Shown: positions 25,167 through 38,519, numbered from the stretch's first letter. The stretch is DNA of 64,000 bases from Ranitomeya imitator (GCF_032444005.1 NC_091290.1:2356001-2420000), one strand, 5' to 3'. The notes: generated from the sequence alone by a model not told the origin. Numbers and translations: made by a program.

Positions 25167-25929
25167 AGACTGACTACATAGAGTATGACATCACTGCCCC
25201 ATGTGACATCATCACCCAACCACAGACCGACTACATACACTGACATCACAGCCCCATGTGACATCATCGCCCAATCACAGACCGACTACATACACTGTGA
25301 CATCACTGCCCCATGTGACATCATCGCCCAACCACAGACCGACTACATACACTGTGACATCACTGCCCCATGTGACATCATCGCCCAACCACAGACCAAC
25401 TAAATACCCTGACATAACAGCCCCATGTGACATCATCGCCCAATCACAGACCGACTACATACACTGTGACATCACTGCCCCATGTGACATCATCGTCCAA
25501 CCACAGACTGACTACATACACTGTGACATCACAGCCCCATGTGACATCATCGCCCAACCACAGACCAACTACATACCCTGACATAACAACCCCATGTGAC
25601 ATCATCGCCCAATCACAGACCGACTACGTACACTGTGACATCACTGCCCCATGTGACATCATCGTCCAACCACAGACCGACTAGATACACTGTGACATCA
25701 CTGCCCTGTGACATCATCACTGCCCTGTGACATCACCATCGCGCAATCAGACCTACTGACTACATACTATGGCATCACTGCCCCATGTGACATCATCGCC
25801 CAACCACAGACCGACTACATACACTGTGACATCACTGCCTCATGTGACATCATCGCCCAATCACAGACTGACTACATACACTGTGACATCACTGCCCTGT
25901 GACATCACTGCCCCATCTGACATCACTGT
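25167..25929. repeat. 57-bp minisatellite (~13 units)
   Basis: Unit GACATCACTGCCCCATGTGACATCATCGCCCAACCACAGACCGACTACATACACTGT. Confidence 0.95.
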
Positions 25930-26429
25930 CCTCTTTTTTTTTTTATTAAAACTGTTGATGTCCTTCTTGACCATAGCAACCACACCGGTCTGGTAAAGTG
26001 GAAACTGTGCTATGATTGGTTGGGAAATTATTCTGTCAGTTCTGGCTAATCTCAGTGATGTCATACAGAAAAGTCAAGAACGATGGAGAATCTACAATAA
26101 TGTCTGTAGGAGAAGAGCATTTCAAGTCCAGGAAGAAGCATGAACCTCCCCCAGCACAGAGCAGCCCCCTGCCATACCATGCCTGCTCCCGGGCCAGGAG
26201 GTCTCTGCTGGGGCTTGTAGCTCTCCTCGCCAGGTAAGTATTTGGTGTTGATGCTACCCCAGGCACTGTAAGTTGTCATAGTTCCACTGGTAAGCCAGAC
26301 TAAAAAATAAGACGCAGTAGCTGAGGCCCCCATACACTAACGTTGGTCAAACCCACTGATATCGACAGGTTCACACATTACAACAGGATCAGAACTAACA
26401 TCAGCATCAGAACACGAATACAGCCCAGA

Positions 26430-26916
26430 ACCACCATCAGTACATGAATACAGTAGTAGAGCCACCATCAGTACATGAAAACAGTAGTAGAGCCACCATC
26501 GGTAGATGAATACAGTAGTAGATCCACCATCAGTACATGAATACAGTAGTAGAGCCACCATCAGTACATGAAAACAGTAGTAGAGCCACCATCGGTAGAT
26601 GAATACAGTAGTAGAGCTACCATCGGTACATGAATTCAGTAGTAGATCCACCATCAGTACATGAGTACAGTAGTAGAGCCACCATCAGTACATGAATACA
26701 GTAGTAGAGCCACCATCAGTACATGAATACAGTAGTTGAGCCACCATCAGTACATGAATACAGTAGTAGATCCACCATCAGTACATGAGTACAGTAGTAG
26801 AGCCACCATCAGTACATGAATACAGTAGTTGAGCCACCATCAGTACATGAATACAGTAGTAGATCCACCATCAGTACATGAATACAGTAGTAGAGCCACC
26901 ATCAGTACATGAATAC
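26430..26916. repeat. 31-bp minisatellite (~15 units)
   Basis: Unit AGAGCCACCATCAGTACATGAATACAGTAGT. Confidence 0.95.
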
Positions 26917-28221
26917 AGCACCAGAGTGCAACTCTCAGCATGGCCTTGACAATGGTAAGGACCTGATGGGTGTTGTTGTTACCAGCCATTGTCAGCCTGG
27001 AGACCATACAGAAACCAGAGTCCTGAGTAGACGCAGGCAGCGTCACTACTAAACACTGAGTCACACACAAATCGGGGACTCGGGGTCCAAAGTAGGGGTT
27101 GTCCAAACTGCTGTGGGGCCCCTGGGAGATGTTCTGGGAGCACGGCTGATATCTCGATGTGCTCTGTTAGTCTTTATGGTAATCTGTCCATTTCAAGCAG
27201 AAGGCTCAGACGAGTCAGTGATACATATATATCTGTGTGTATTCAGCGAGTTTTACTGCCGGGTTAATGAGGTCACAATTTCTACTTTATGTTTTAATCC
27301 TTCCGACCTTTCCTATGGAAGGAAATTGCGCCTGATTTTATGTCGATCTCCTCGCCCCCGCTTCATGTTACTGTTTATCATTTTCTCCATTTGGATTTAT
27401 TTTCTTTATTTGCCCGGAACATTCTGGATAAAGGGTCGACGTGTCTGCGCTGCGTCCCGATGACTGACAGTCGCTCCGGCTGCCGCACTGCGCCTCTAGG
27501 AAGTCAGAACCGTAACTGTCGCCCCTGTTTACGCTGCTCCTTATTTTTACGGGGATTTAATGGCGTTCATGTCACTGATGCATCACGGCAGGAAAATACT
27601 TTTATGTCTCCTGGTTGCGCTTTTTAGTTCTGTTTTTTTCTCTTCTACCTAAAAAGCAATATTAATTAACAGCTGAAATGCAAAGAATATTTCTCCCACC
27701 CGCGCCCCACACTTCCCCTCCTGGCTGTCGACACATCTGTGTCTGTAAAGTTATTATCAACCTGCAGTACAAAGAAATCCTTGTCTGCAGCGGCACCAAT
27801 ATCTACAACCTGATCCCGAGTCACCAAATCTACAACGGCCGGACGTCACATCAGCACATAAAGCGCAATCCAGCTCTCCGCAGCACAGCGAAACCGCTAG
27901 GAAGCGACAGCCAGTCAACACAATAACACAGAAGCCACAAACAACACAGTACTAAACCAGACTCGGAGCGTGTGGTGCAACCCGGGCATGTCCTGCATAT
28001 ATATGTACAGCTGGTACAACCCGGGCATCTCCTTTATATAATTATATATGTACAGCCGGTATAACCTGGGCGTCTCCTGCATATAACTATATATGTACAG
28101 CCGGTATAACCCGGGCATCTCCTGTATATAATGATATATGTACAGCCGGTATAACCTTGTGCATCTCCTGTATATAATTATACATGTACAGCCGGTATAA
28201 CCTGGGCATCTCCTGTATATA

Positions 28222-29828
28222 CAGTGGGGCAAAAAAGTATTTAGTCAGTCAGCAATAGTGCAAGTTCCACCACTTAAAAAGATGAGAGGCGTCTGTAATT
28301 TACATCATAGGTAGACCTCAACTATGGGAGACAAACTGAGAAAAAAAAATCCAGAAAATCACATTGTCTGTTTTTTTAACATTTTATTTGCATATTATGG
28401 TGAAAAATAAGTATTTGGTCAGAAACAAAATGTCATCTCAATACTTTGTAATATATCCTTTGTTGGCAATGACAGAGGTCAAACGTTTTCTGTAAGTCTT
28501 CACAAGGTTGCCACACACTGTTGTTGGTTTGTTGGCCCATTCCTCCATGCAGATCTCCTCTAGAGCAGTGATGTTTTTGGCTTTTCGCTTGGCAACATGG
28601 ACTTTCAACTCGCTCCAAAGGTTTTCTATAGGGTTGAGATCTGGAGACTGGCTAGGCCACTCCAGGACCTTGAAATGCTTCTTACAAAGCCACTCCTTTA
28701 TTGCCCTGGCGGTGTGCTTTGGATAATTGTCATGTTGAAAGACCCAGCCACGTTTCATCTTTAATGCCCTTGCTGATGGAAGGAGGTTTGCACTCAAAAT
28801 CTCACGATACATGGCCCCATTCATTCTTTCATGTACCCGGATCAGTCGTCCTGGCCCCTTTGCAGAGAAACAGACCCAAAGCATGATGTTTCCACCACCA
28901 TGCTTTACAGTAGGTATGGTGTTTGATGGATGCAACTCAGTATTCTTTTTCCTCCAAACACGACAAGTTGTGTTTCTACCAAACAGTTCCAGTTTGGTTT
29001 CATCAGACCATAGGACATTCTCCCAAAACTCCTCTGGATCATCCAAATGCTCTCCAGCAAACTTCAGACGGGCCCGGACATGTACTGGCTTAAGCAGTGG
29101 GACACGTCTGGCACTGCAGGATCTGAGTCCATGGTGGCGTAGTGTGTTACTTATGGTAGGCCTTGTTACATTGGTCCCAGCTCTCTGCAGTTCATTCACT
29201 AGGTCCCCCCGCGTGGTTCTGGGATTTTTGCTCACCGTTCTTGTGATCATTCTGACCCCACGGGAAGGGGTCTTTTGCGTGGAGCCCCAGAGCGAGGGAG
29301 ATTATCAGTGGTCTTGTATGTCTTCCATTTTCTAATTATTGCTCCCACTGTTGATTTCTTCACTCCAAGCTGGTTGGCTATTGCAGATTCAGTCTTTCCA
29401 GCCTGGTGCAGGGCTACAATTTTGTTTCTGGTGTCCTTTGACAGCTCTTTGGTCTTCACTATAGTGGAGTTTGGAGTCAGACTGTTTGAGGGTGTGCACA
29501 GGTGTCTTTTTATACTGATAACAAGTTTAAACAGGTGCCATTACTACAGGTAATGAGTGGAGGACAGAGGAGCCTCTTAAAGAAGAAGTTACAGGTCTGT
29601 GAGAGCCAGAAATCTGGATTGTTTGTTTCTGACCAAATACTTATTTTCCACCATAATATGCAAATAAAATGTTAAAAAAACAGACAATGATTTTCTGGAT
29701 TTTTTTTTTCTCAGTTTGTCTCCCATAGTTGAGGTCTACCTATGATGTAAATTACAGACGTCTCTCATCTTTTTAAGTGGTGGAACTTGCACTATTGCTG
29801 ACTGACTAAATACTTTTTTGCCCCACTG
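28222..29828 (-). mobile_element. Full-length Tc1 copy 2 (1607 bp)
   Basis: CAGTGGGGCAAAAAAG...CTTTTTTGCCCCACTG, ~200-bp TIRs, TA TSD at 28220-28221 and 29829-29830. Confidence 0.97.
28438..29459 (-). pseudogene. Tc1 transposase, single frameshift near 29270
   Basis: ORFs 29247-29459 (N-terminal HTH, GRPR-like GAPR) and 28438-29250 ([21 protein letters not shown]; D-34 aa-E counted). Confidence 0.93.
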
Positions 29829-32800
29829 TAATTATATATGTACAGCCGGTATAACCTGGGCATCTCCTGTATATAATTATACATGTACAGCCGGTATAAC
29901 CTGGGCATCTCCTGTATATAAATATATATGTACAGCCGGTATAACCCGGGCATCTCCTGTATATAATTATACATATACAGCTGGTATAACCCGGGCATCT
30001 CCTGTATATAATGATATATGTACAGCCGGTATAACCTGGGCGTCTCCTGTATATAATTATATATGTACATCTGGTATAACGTGGGCATCTCCTGTATATA
30101 ATTATATATGTACAACCGGTATAGGCTGGGCATCTCCTGTATATAATTATATATGTACAACCGGTATAACCTGTGCAACTCCTGTATATAATGATATATG
30201 TACAGCCGGTATAACCTGGGCATCTCCTGTATATAATGATTTATGTACAGCCGGTATAACCTGAGCATCTCCTGTATATAATTATATATGTACAGCCGGT
30301 ATAACCTGGGCATCTCCTGTATATAATTATATATGTACAGCCGTTATCCGCAGCACAGCGAAACCGCTAGGAAGCGACAGCCAGTCAACACAATAACACA
30401 GAAGCCACAAACAACACAGTACTAAACCAGACTCGGAGCGTGTGGTGCAACCCGGGCATGTCCTGCATATATATGTACAGCTGGTACAACCCGGGCATCT
30501 CCTTTATATAATGATATATGTACAGCCGGTATAACCTGGGCGTCTCCTGCATATAACTATATATGTACAGCCGGTATAACCCGGGCATCTCCTGTATATA
30601 ATGATATATGTACAGCCGGTATAACCTTGTGCATCTCCTGTATATAATTATACATGTACAGCCGGTATAACCTGGGCATCTCCTGTATATAATTATATAT
30701 GTACAGCCGGTATAACCTGGGCATCTCCTGTATATAATTATACATGTACAGCCGGTATAACCTGGGCATCTCCTGTATATAAATATATATGTACAGCCGG
30801 TATAACCCGGGCATCTCCTGTATATAATTATACATATACAGCTGGTATAACCCGGGCATCTCCTGTATATAATGATATATGTACAGCCGGTATAACCTGG
30901 GCGTCCCCTGTATATAATTATATATGTACATCTGGTATAACCTGGGCATCTCCTGTATATAATTATATATGTACAACCGGTATAGGCTGGGCATCTCCTG
31001 TATATAATTATATATGTACAACCGGTATAACCTGTGCAACTCCTGTATATAATGATATATGTACAGCCGGTATAACCTGGGCATCTCCTGTATATAATGA
31101 TATATGTACAGCCGGTATAACCTGAGCATCTCCTGTATATAATTATATATGTACAGCCGGTATAACCTGGGCATCTCCTGTATATAATTATATATGTACA
31201 GCCGGTATAACCTGGGCATCTCCTGTATATAATTATGTATTTACAGCTGGTATAACCTGGGCATCTCCTGTATATAATTATGTATTTACAGCTGGCATAA
31301 CCTGGGCATCTCCTGTATATAATTATGTATTTACAGCTGGTATAACCTGGGCATCTCCTGTATATAATTATGTATTTACAGCTGGTATAACCTGGGCATC
31401 TCCTGTATATAATTATGTATTTACATCTGGTATAACCTGGGCATCTCCTGTATATAATTATGCATTTACAGCTGGTATAACCTGGGCATCTCCTGTATAT
31501 AATTATGTATTTACAGCTGGTATAACCTGGGCATCTCCTGTATATAATTATATATGTACAGCTGGTATAACCTGGGCATCTCCTGTATATAATGATATAT
31601 GTACAGCTGGTATAATCTGGGTATTGCCTGTATATAATTATATATGTACAGCCGGTATAACCTGGGCATCTCCTGTATATAATTATATATGTACAGCCGG
31701 TATAACCTGGGCATCTCCTGTATATAATGATATATGTACATCTGGTATAACCTGGGCATCTCCTTATTTAATTATATATGTACAACCGGTATAACCTGGG
31801 CATCTCCTGTATATAAATATATATGTACAGCCGGTATAACCCGGGCATCTCCTGTATATAATTATATATGTACAGCCAGTATAACCCGGGCATCTCTTGT
31901 ATATAATTATACATATACAGCCGGTATAACCTGGGCGTCTCCTGTATATAATTATATATGTACATCTGGTATAACTTGGGCATCTCCTGTATATAATTAT
32001 ATATGTACAACCGGTATAGGCTGGGCATCTCCTGTATATAATTATATATGTACAACCGGTATAACCTGTGCAACTCCTGTATATAATGATATATGTACAG
32101 CCGGTATAACCTGGGCATCTCCTGTATATAATGATATATGTACAGCCGGTATAACCTGAGCATCTCCTGTATATAATTATATATGTACAGCCGGTATAAC
32201 CTGGGCATCTCCTGTATATAATTATATATGTACAGCCGGTATAACCTGGGCATCTCCTGTATATAATTATGTATTTACAGCTGGTATAACCTGGGCATCT
32301 CCTGTATATAATTATGTATTTACAGCTGGCATAACCTGGGCATCTCCTGTATATAATTATGTATTTACAGCTGGTATAACCTGGGCATCTCCTGTATATA
32401 ATTATGTATTTACAGCTGGTATAACCTGGGCATCTCCTGTATATAATTATGTATTTACAGCTGGTATAACCTGGGCATCTCCTGTATATAATTATATATG
32501 TACAGCTGGTATAACCTGGGCATCTCCTGTATATAATGATATATGTACAGCTGGTATAATCTGGGTATTGCCTGTATATAATTATATATGTACAGCCGGT
32601 ATAACCTGGGCATCTCCTGTATATAATTATATATGTACAGCCGGTATAACCTGGGCATCTCCTGTATATAATGATATATGTACAGCCGGTATAACCTGGG
32701 CATCTCCTGTATATAATTATATATGTACAGCTGGTATAACCTGGGCATCTCCTGTATATAATGATATATGTACAGCTGGTATAATCTGGGTATTGCCTGT

Positions 32801-33487
32801 ATATAATTATATATGTACAGCCGGTATAACCTGGGCATCTCCTGTATATAATGATATATGTACAGCCGGTATAACCTGGGCATCTCCTGTATATAATTAT
32901 ATATGTACAGCCGGTATAACCTGGGCATCTCCTGTATATAATTATATATGTACAGCCGGTATAACCTGGGCATCTCCTGTATATAATGATATATGTACAT
33001 CTGGTATAACCTGGGCATCTCCTTATTTAATTATATATGTACAACCGGTAGACTTCTTCTACCATGTCGGTATAACCCGGGCATCGATGGTGTGTAGATT
33101 AGTATATGACACATGTCCGGAGTTGTCGGTGACTCACTGTGCGGATACATGTTTGCTCTCTGTGACTCTGGTGACATATATATATATATTTACTGAGTGT
33201 GTATGTATCAAGCCACGCCCAATCCGCATAGCCACACTCACTCCACACTCAAAGCCCCGCCCACATGGCCCATGTTGTTAGCGCACACTCCCCTCAAAAG
33301 CCACCCTGTAAAACTCACCTGCTGCGACGTCCCAGTCGCTGCCAGCTACAATCAGGGCCGCCACCTTCAGAGGATCAGTGCGGGTCTAGAATGGAGGTGC
33401 TCCTGTGAGGCATAAGGGAAAGGGAGGAGCCTCATGGATTACACCGCTGTGCTCATAACAGTAAGCTGCTGTGCACGTGTGAGGAGA

Positions 33488-33868
33488 AGAGAGGAGCGAC
33501 GGGAAAATAAGAGGAGCGAGGGGAAAATAAGAGGAGCGAGGGGAAAATAAGAGGGGCGAGGGGAAAATAAGAGGAGCGAGGGGAAAACGAGAGGAGCGAG
33601 GGGAAAACGAGAGGAGCGAGGGGAAAACGAGAGGAGCGAGGGGAAAACGAGAGGAGCGAGGGGAAAATGAGAGGAGCGAGGGGAAAACGAGAGGTAAGAG
33701 GGGAAAACGAGAGGTAAGAGGGGAAAACGAGAGGTAAGAGGGGAAAACGAGAGGTAAGAGGGGAAAATGAGAGGAGCGAGGGGAAAACGAGAGGTAAGAG
33801 GGGAAAACGAGAGGTAAGAGGGGAAAACGAGAGGTAAGAGGGGAAAACGAGAGGTAAGAGGGGAAAAT
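33488..33868. repeat. 20-bp purine-rich minisatellite (~19 units)
   Basis: GAGGAGCGAGGGGAAAA(T/C)(A/G)A switching to GAGGTAAGAGGGGAAAACGA. Confidence 0.93.
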
Positions 33869-33987
33869 GAAAATCTGTAGTGTTGAATATATGATGTGAA
33901 ATGTTTATATATACAATACTAGATGGTGGCCCGATTCTAACGCATCGGGTATTCTAGAATATGCATGTCCACGTAGTATATTGCCCA

Positions 33988-34149
33988 GTAACATAGTAAC
34001 ATAGTAACATAGTTAGTAAGGCCGAAAAAAGACATTTGTCCATCCAGTTCAGCCTATATTCCATCATAATAAGTACCCAGATCTACGTCCTTCTACAGAA
34101 CCTAATAATTGTATGATACAATATTGTTCTGCTCCAGGAAGACATCCAG
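33988..34149 (-). mobile_element. 5'-truncated CR1 LINE 3' end inserted in Helitron A
   Basis: Minus strand ends ...GGCTGAACTGGATGGACAAATGTC...CGGCCTTACTAAC(TATGTTAC)x3, an octamer tail typical of CR1. Confidence 0.75.
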
Positions 34150-34157
34150 TCTTAGTT

Positions 34158-37100
34158 GTATATTGCCCAGTAGTATGTAGTATATTGCCCAGCCACGTAG
34201 TACATTGCCCAGTCACGTAGTATATTGCCCAGCCACGTAGTATATTGCCCAGCCACGTAGTATATTGCCCAGCCACGTAGTATATTGCCCAGCCACGAAG
34301 TATATTGCCCAGCCACGTAGTATATTGCCCAGCCACGTAGTATATTGCACAGCCCACGTAGTATATTGCCCAGCCACGTAGTATATTGCCCAGCCACGTA
34401 GTATATTGCCCAGCCACGTAGTATATTGCCCAGCCACGTAGTATATTGCCCAGCCACGTAGTATATTGCCCAGCCACGTAGTATATTGCCCAGCCACGTA
34501 GTATATTGCCCAGCCACGTAGTATATTGCCCAGCCACGTAGTATATTGCCCAGCCACGTAGTATATTGCCCAACCACGTAGTATATTGCCCAGTCACGTA
34601 GTATATTGCCCAGCCACGTAGTATATTGCCCATTCACGTAGTATATTGCCCAGCCACGAAGTATATTGCCCAGCCACGTAGTATATTGCCCAGCCACGTA
34701 GTATATTGCACAGCCCACGTAGTATATTGCACAGCCACGTAGTATATTGCCCAGCCACGTAGTATATTGCCCAGCCACGTAGTATATTGCCCAGCCACGT
34801 AGTATATTGCACAGCCCACGTAGTATATTGCCCAGCCACGTAGTATATTGCCCACGTAGTATATTGCACAGCCACGTAGTATATTGCCCAGCCACGTAGT
34901 ATATTGCCCAGCCACGTAGTATATTGCCCAGCCACCTAGTGTATTGCCCAGCCACGTAGTGTATTGCCCAGTCACGTAGTATATTGCCCAGCCACGTAGT
35001 ATATTGCCCAGCCACGTAGTATATTGCCCAGCCACGTAGTATATTGCCCAGCCACGTAGTATATTGCCCAGCCACGTAGTATATTGCCCAGCCCACGTAG
35101 TATATTGCCCAACCACGTAGTATATTGCCCAGCCACGTAGTATATTGCCCAGCCACGTAGTATATTGCCCAACCACGTAGTATATTGCCCAGTCACGTAG
35201 TATATTGCCCAGCCACGTAGTATATTGCCCAGCCACGTAGTATATTGCCCAGCCACGTAGTATATTGCCCAGCCACGTAGTATATTGCCCAGCCACGTAG
35301 TATATTGCCCAGCCACGTAGTATATTGCCCAGCCACGTAGTATATTGCCCAGCCACGTAGTATATTGCCCAGTAATGTAGTATATTGCCCAGCCACGAAG
35401 TATATTGCCCAGCCACGTAGTATATTGCCCATTCACGTAGTATATTGCCCAGCCACGAAGTATATTGCCCAGCCACGTAGTATATTGCCCAGCCACGTAG
35501 TATATTGCACAGCCCACGTAGTATATTGCAAAGCCACGTAGTATATTGCCCAGTAATGTAGTATATTGCCCAGCCACGTAGTATATTGCCCATTCACGTA
35601 GTATATTGCCCAGCCACGAAGTATATTGCCCAGCCACGTAGTATATTGCCCAGCCACGTAGTATATTGCCCATTCACGTAGTATATTGCCCAGCCACGAA
35701 GTATATTGCCCAGCCACGTAGTATATTGCCCAGCCACGTAGTATATTGCACAGCCCACGTAGTATATTGCCCAGCCACGTAGTATATTGCCCAGTAATGT
35801 AGTATATTGCCCAGCCACGTAGTATATTGCCCATTCACGTAGTATATTGCCCAGCCACGAAGTATATTGCCCAGCCACGTAGTATATTGCCCAGCCACGT
35901 AGTATATTGCACAGCCCACGTAGTATATTGCACAGCCACGTAGTATATTGCCCAGCCACGTAGTATATTGCCCAGCCACGTAGTATATTGCCCAGCCACC
36001 TAGTGTATTGCCCAGCCACGTAGTGTATTGCCCAGTCACGTAGTATATTGCCCAGCCACGTAGTATATTGCCCAGCCACGTAGTATATTGCCCAGCCACC
36101 TAGTGTATTGCCCAGCCACGTAGTGTATTGCCCAGTCACGTAGTATATTGCCCAGCCACGTAGTATATTGCCCAGCCACGTAGTATATTGCCCAGCCACG
36201 TAGTATATTGCCCAGCCACGTAGTATATTGCCCAGCCACGTAGTATATTGCCCAGCCACGTAGTATATTGCCCAGCCACCTAGTGTATTGCCCAGCCACG
36301 TAGTGTATTGCCCAGTCACGTAGTATATTGCCCAGCCACGTAGTATATTGCCCAGCCACGTAGTATATTGCCCAGCCACGTAGTATATTGCCCAGCCACG
36401 TAGTATATTGCCCAGCCACGTAGTATATTGCCCAGCCACGTAGTATATTGCCCAGCCACCTAGTGTATTGCCCAGCCACGTAGTGTATTGCCCAGTCACG
36501 TAGTATATTGCCCAGCCACGTAGTATATTGCCCAGCCACGTAGTATATTGCCCAGCCACGTAGTATATTGCCCAGCCACGTAGTATATTGCCCAGCCACG
36601 TAGTATATTGCCCAGCCACGTAGTATATTGCCCAGCCACCTAGTGTATTGCCCAGCCACGTAGTGTATTGCCCAGTCACGTAGTATATTGCCCAGCCACG
36701 TAGTATATTGCCCAGCCACGTAGTATATTGCCCAGCCACGTAGTATATTGCCCAGCCACGTAGTATATTGCCCAGCCACGTAGTATATTGCCCAGCCCAC
36801 GTAGTATATTGCCCAACCACGTAGTATATTGCCCAGCCCACGTAGTATATTGCCCAGCCACGTAGTATATTGCCCAACCACGTAGTATATTGCCCAGTCA
36901 CGTAGTATATTGCCCAGCCACGTAGTATATTGCCCAGCCACGTAGTATATTGCCCAGCCACGTAGTATATTGCCCAGCCACGTAGTATATTGCCCAGCCA
37001 CGTAGTATATTGCCCAGCCACGTATTATATAGCACAGCCATGTAGTATATTGCCCAGCCACGTAGTATATTGCCCAGCCACGTAGTATATTGCCCAGCCA

Positions 37101-37218
37101 CGTAGTATATTGCCCAGCCACGTAGTATATTGCCCAGCCACGTATTATATAGCACAGCCATGTAGTATATTGCCCAGTAATGTAGTATATTGCCCAGTAA
37201 TGTAGTATATTGGCCAGT
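34158..37218. repeat. 20-bp minisatellite (~150 units) inside Helitron A
   Basis: Unit CACGTAGTATATTGCCCAGC; the first unit at ~33970 is separated by the CR1 insertion. Source of the WAIYYVAGQYTT ORFs. Confidence 0.98.
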
Positions 37219-37844
37219 GACATAAAATAAAAAATAAACATATACTCACCTTAGTCCTGGCTCCTGTGTGCGGTGCACGCGGCAGCTTCCGGTGGCAGGG
37301 TTGGTATGACTATGAGCACAGGACCTGTGATGACATTGCGGTCACATGACCGTGACGTCATGGCAGGTCCTTCTCCCATAGCATCCTTAGCACCGGAACC
37401 TGCCGGCGGACAGGACGCGACGTCGGAGGGTGAGAATAACGGGTTTTTTCTTATTATTATTATTTTTAACATTAGATCGTTTTACTATTGATGCTGCATA
37501 CGCAGCATCAATAGTAAAAACTTGGTCACACAGGGTTAATAGCTGTGTTAATGGAGTGCGTTACACCACGGTCCGCTAACGCTGCATTAACCCTGTGTGA
37601 GCGCTGACTGGATGACTGGAGGGGAGTACGGAGCGGGCACTGACTGCGGGGAGGAAAGAGCGGGCATATTGCCGCCGGACTGTGGCCGTCGCTGATTGAT
37701 CATGGCAATGGTCGTGGGCGTTTTGCCACGACCAATCATCGACTTGGATTCTATGCAGACAGAGGCCGCGACCAATGAATATCCGTGACAGACAGACGGA
37801 AGTGACCCTTAGACAATTATATAGTAGTATAATCATTATAATTT

Positions 37845-37897
37845 GTTATAACCACAGTTAGTTACTATGCCCGGGTAACACCGGGCTCTTCAGCTAG
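37845..37897 (+). mobile_element. Isolated Helitron 3' terminus (family B)
   Basis: ACTATGCCCGGGTAACACCGGGCTCTTCAGCTAG|T, a close reverse complement of 41459-41492. Confidence 0.65.
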
Positions 37898-38519
37898 TTT
37901 CCTATAATCACAGTGTCATACCACTCTTCTTTGCGTTCTCAGTGTTCGGCCGCGTTCACACGGTCAGTATTTGTTATCAGCAGTGGGTGATAATGGAGAC
38001 GTGGTGACGAGATTCTATTAGACTTCTGCTCTGATTGTCCCAAATCCTGAGGTGTGACCGCGGCCCACAGACCAGGACATGTCGCTGCAGTGCTGTGATG
38101 CTGCGGTTCTCAGTCGGCACTTCCAGCTGTTGTAACTTGATTTGTGAGGAGTCGCTCGTGGTCGTCGTCTTATCGCTCAGATCTCCTCTCTGCACCCTCG
38201 GAGCCGCCGTCAGACCCATTGTCCGCGGCATTTGGCAGTGATTACCGCTCCCCCCGGCGTCTTGTCCTCTCGCCAGCCGTAATTGGCTTTATAGGGATCA
38301 GATGGTGGCGCAGATCGGGGTGGGAGCAGACCCCCGCAGACTCGCGCCGGCCGCGCACACGGTTACAATGCGGCCTCTGTTCTTCGCTTCTCACATTGCA
38401 TCTCCTGTCAGGAGAAAAGCACCAAATCTGCACAGGAAACCGCACAAAATGAAGGGAACGATAATGTAACCAGAAGCGCTGGCAGAAATCCTGGAGTCAC
38501 GTTACCAGTGGGAAGAACG

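Larger units (their letters stand above)
27985..33050. repeat. 45-bp minisatellite, interrupted by Tc1 copy 2 and by a duplicated unique head
   Basis: Unit CCTGGGCATCTCCTGTATATAATTATATATGTACAGCCGGTATAA; gives the MPRLYRLYIYNYIQE ORFs. Confidence 0.96.
33919..37827 (-). mobile_element. Non-autonomous Helitron A carrying an expanded minisatellite
   Basis: Plus strand A|CTAG at 33918-33922 (3' CTAG|T on minus) with hairpin CCCGAT-TCTAACGC-ATCGGG at 33930-33949. The far end TATATAGTAG matches Helitron B's 5' end but lacks the final A. Confidence 0.7.

Noticed and set aside
33976-34172. 15-bp TSD (GTATATTGCCCAGTA) around the CR1 fragment
   Set aside because: The sequence is part of the surrounding 20-bp repeat unit, so the match is uninformative.
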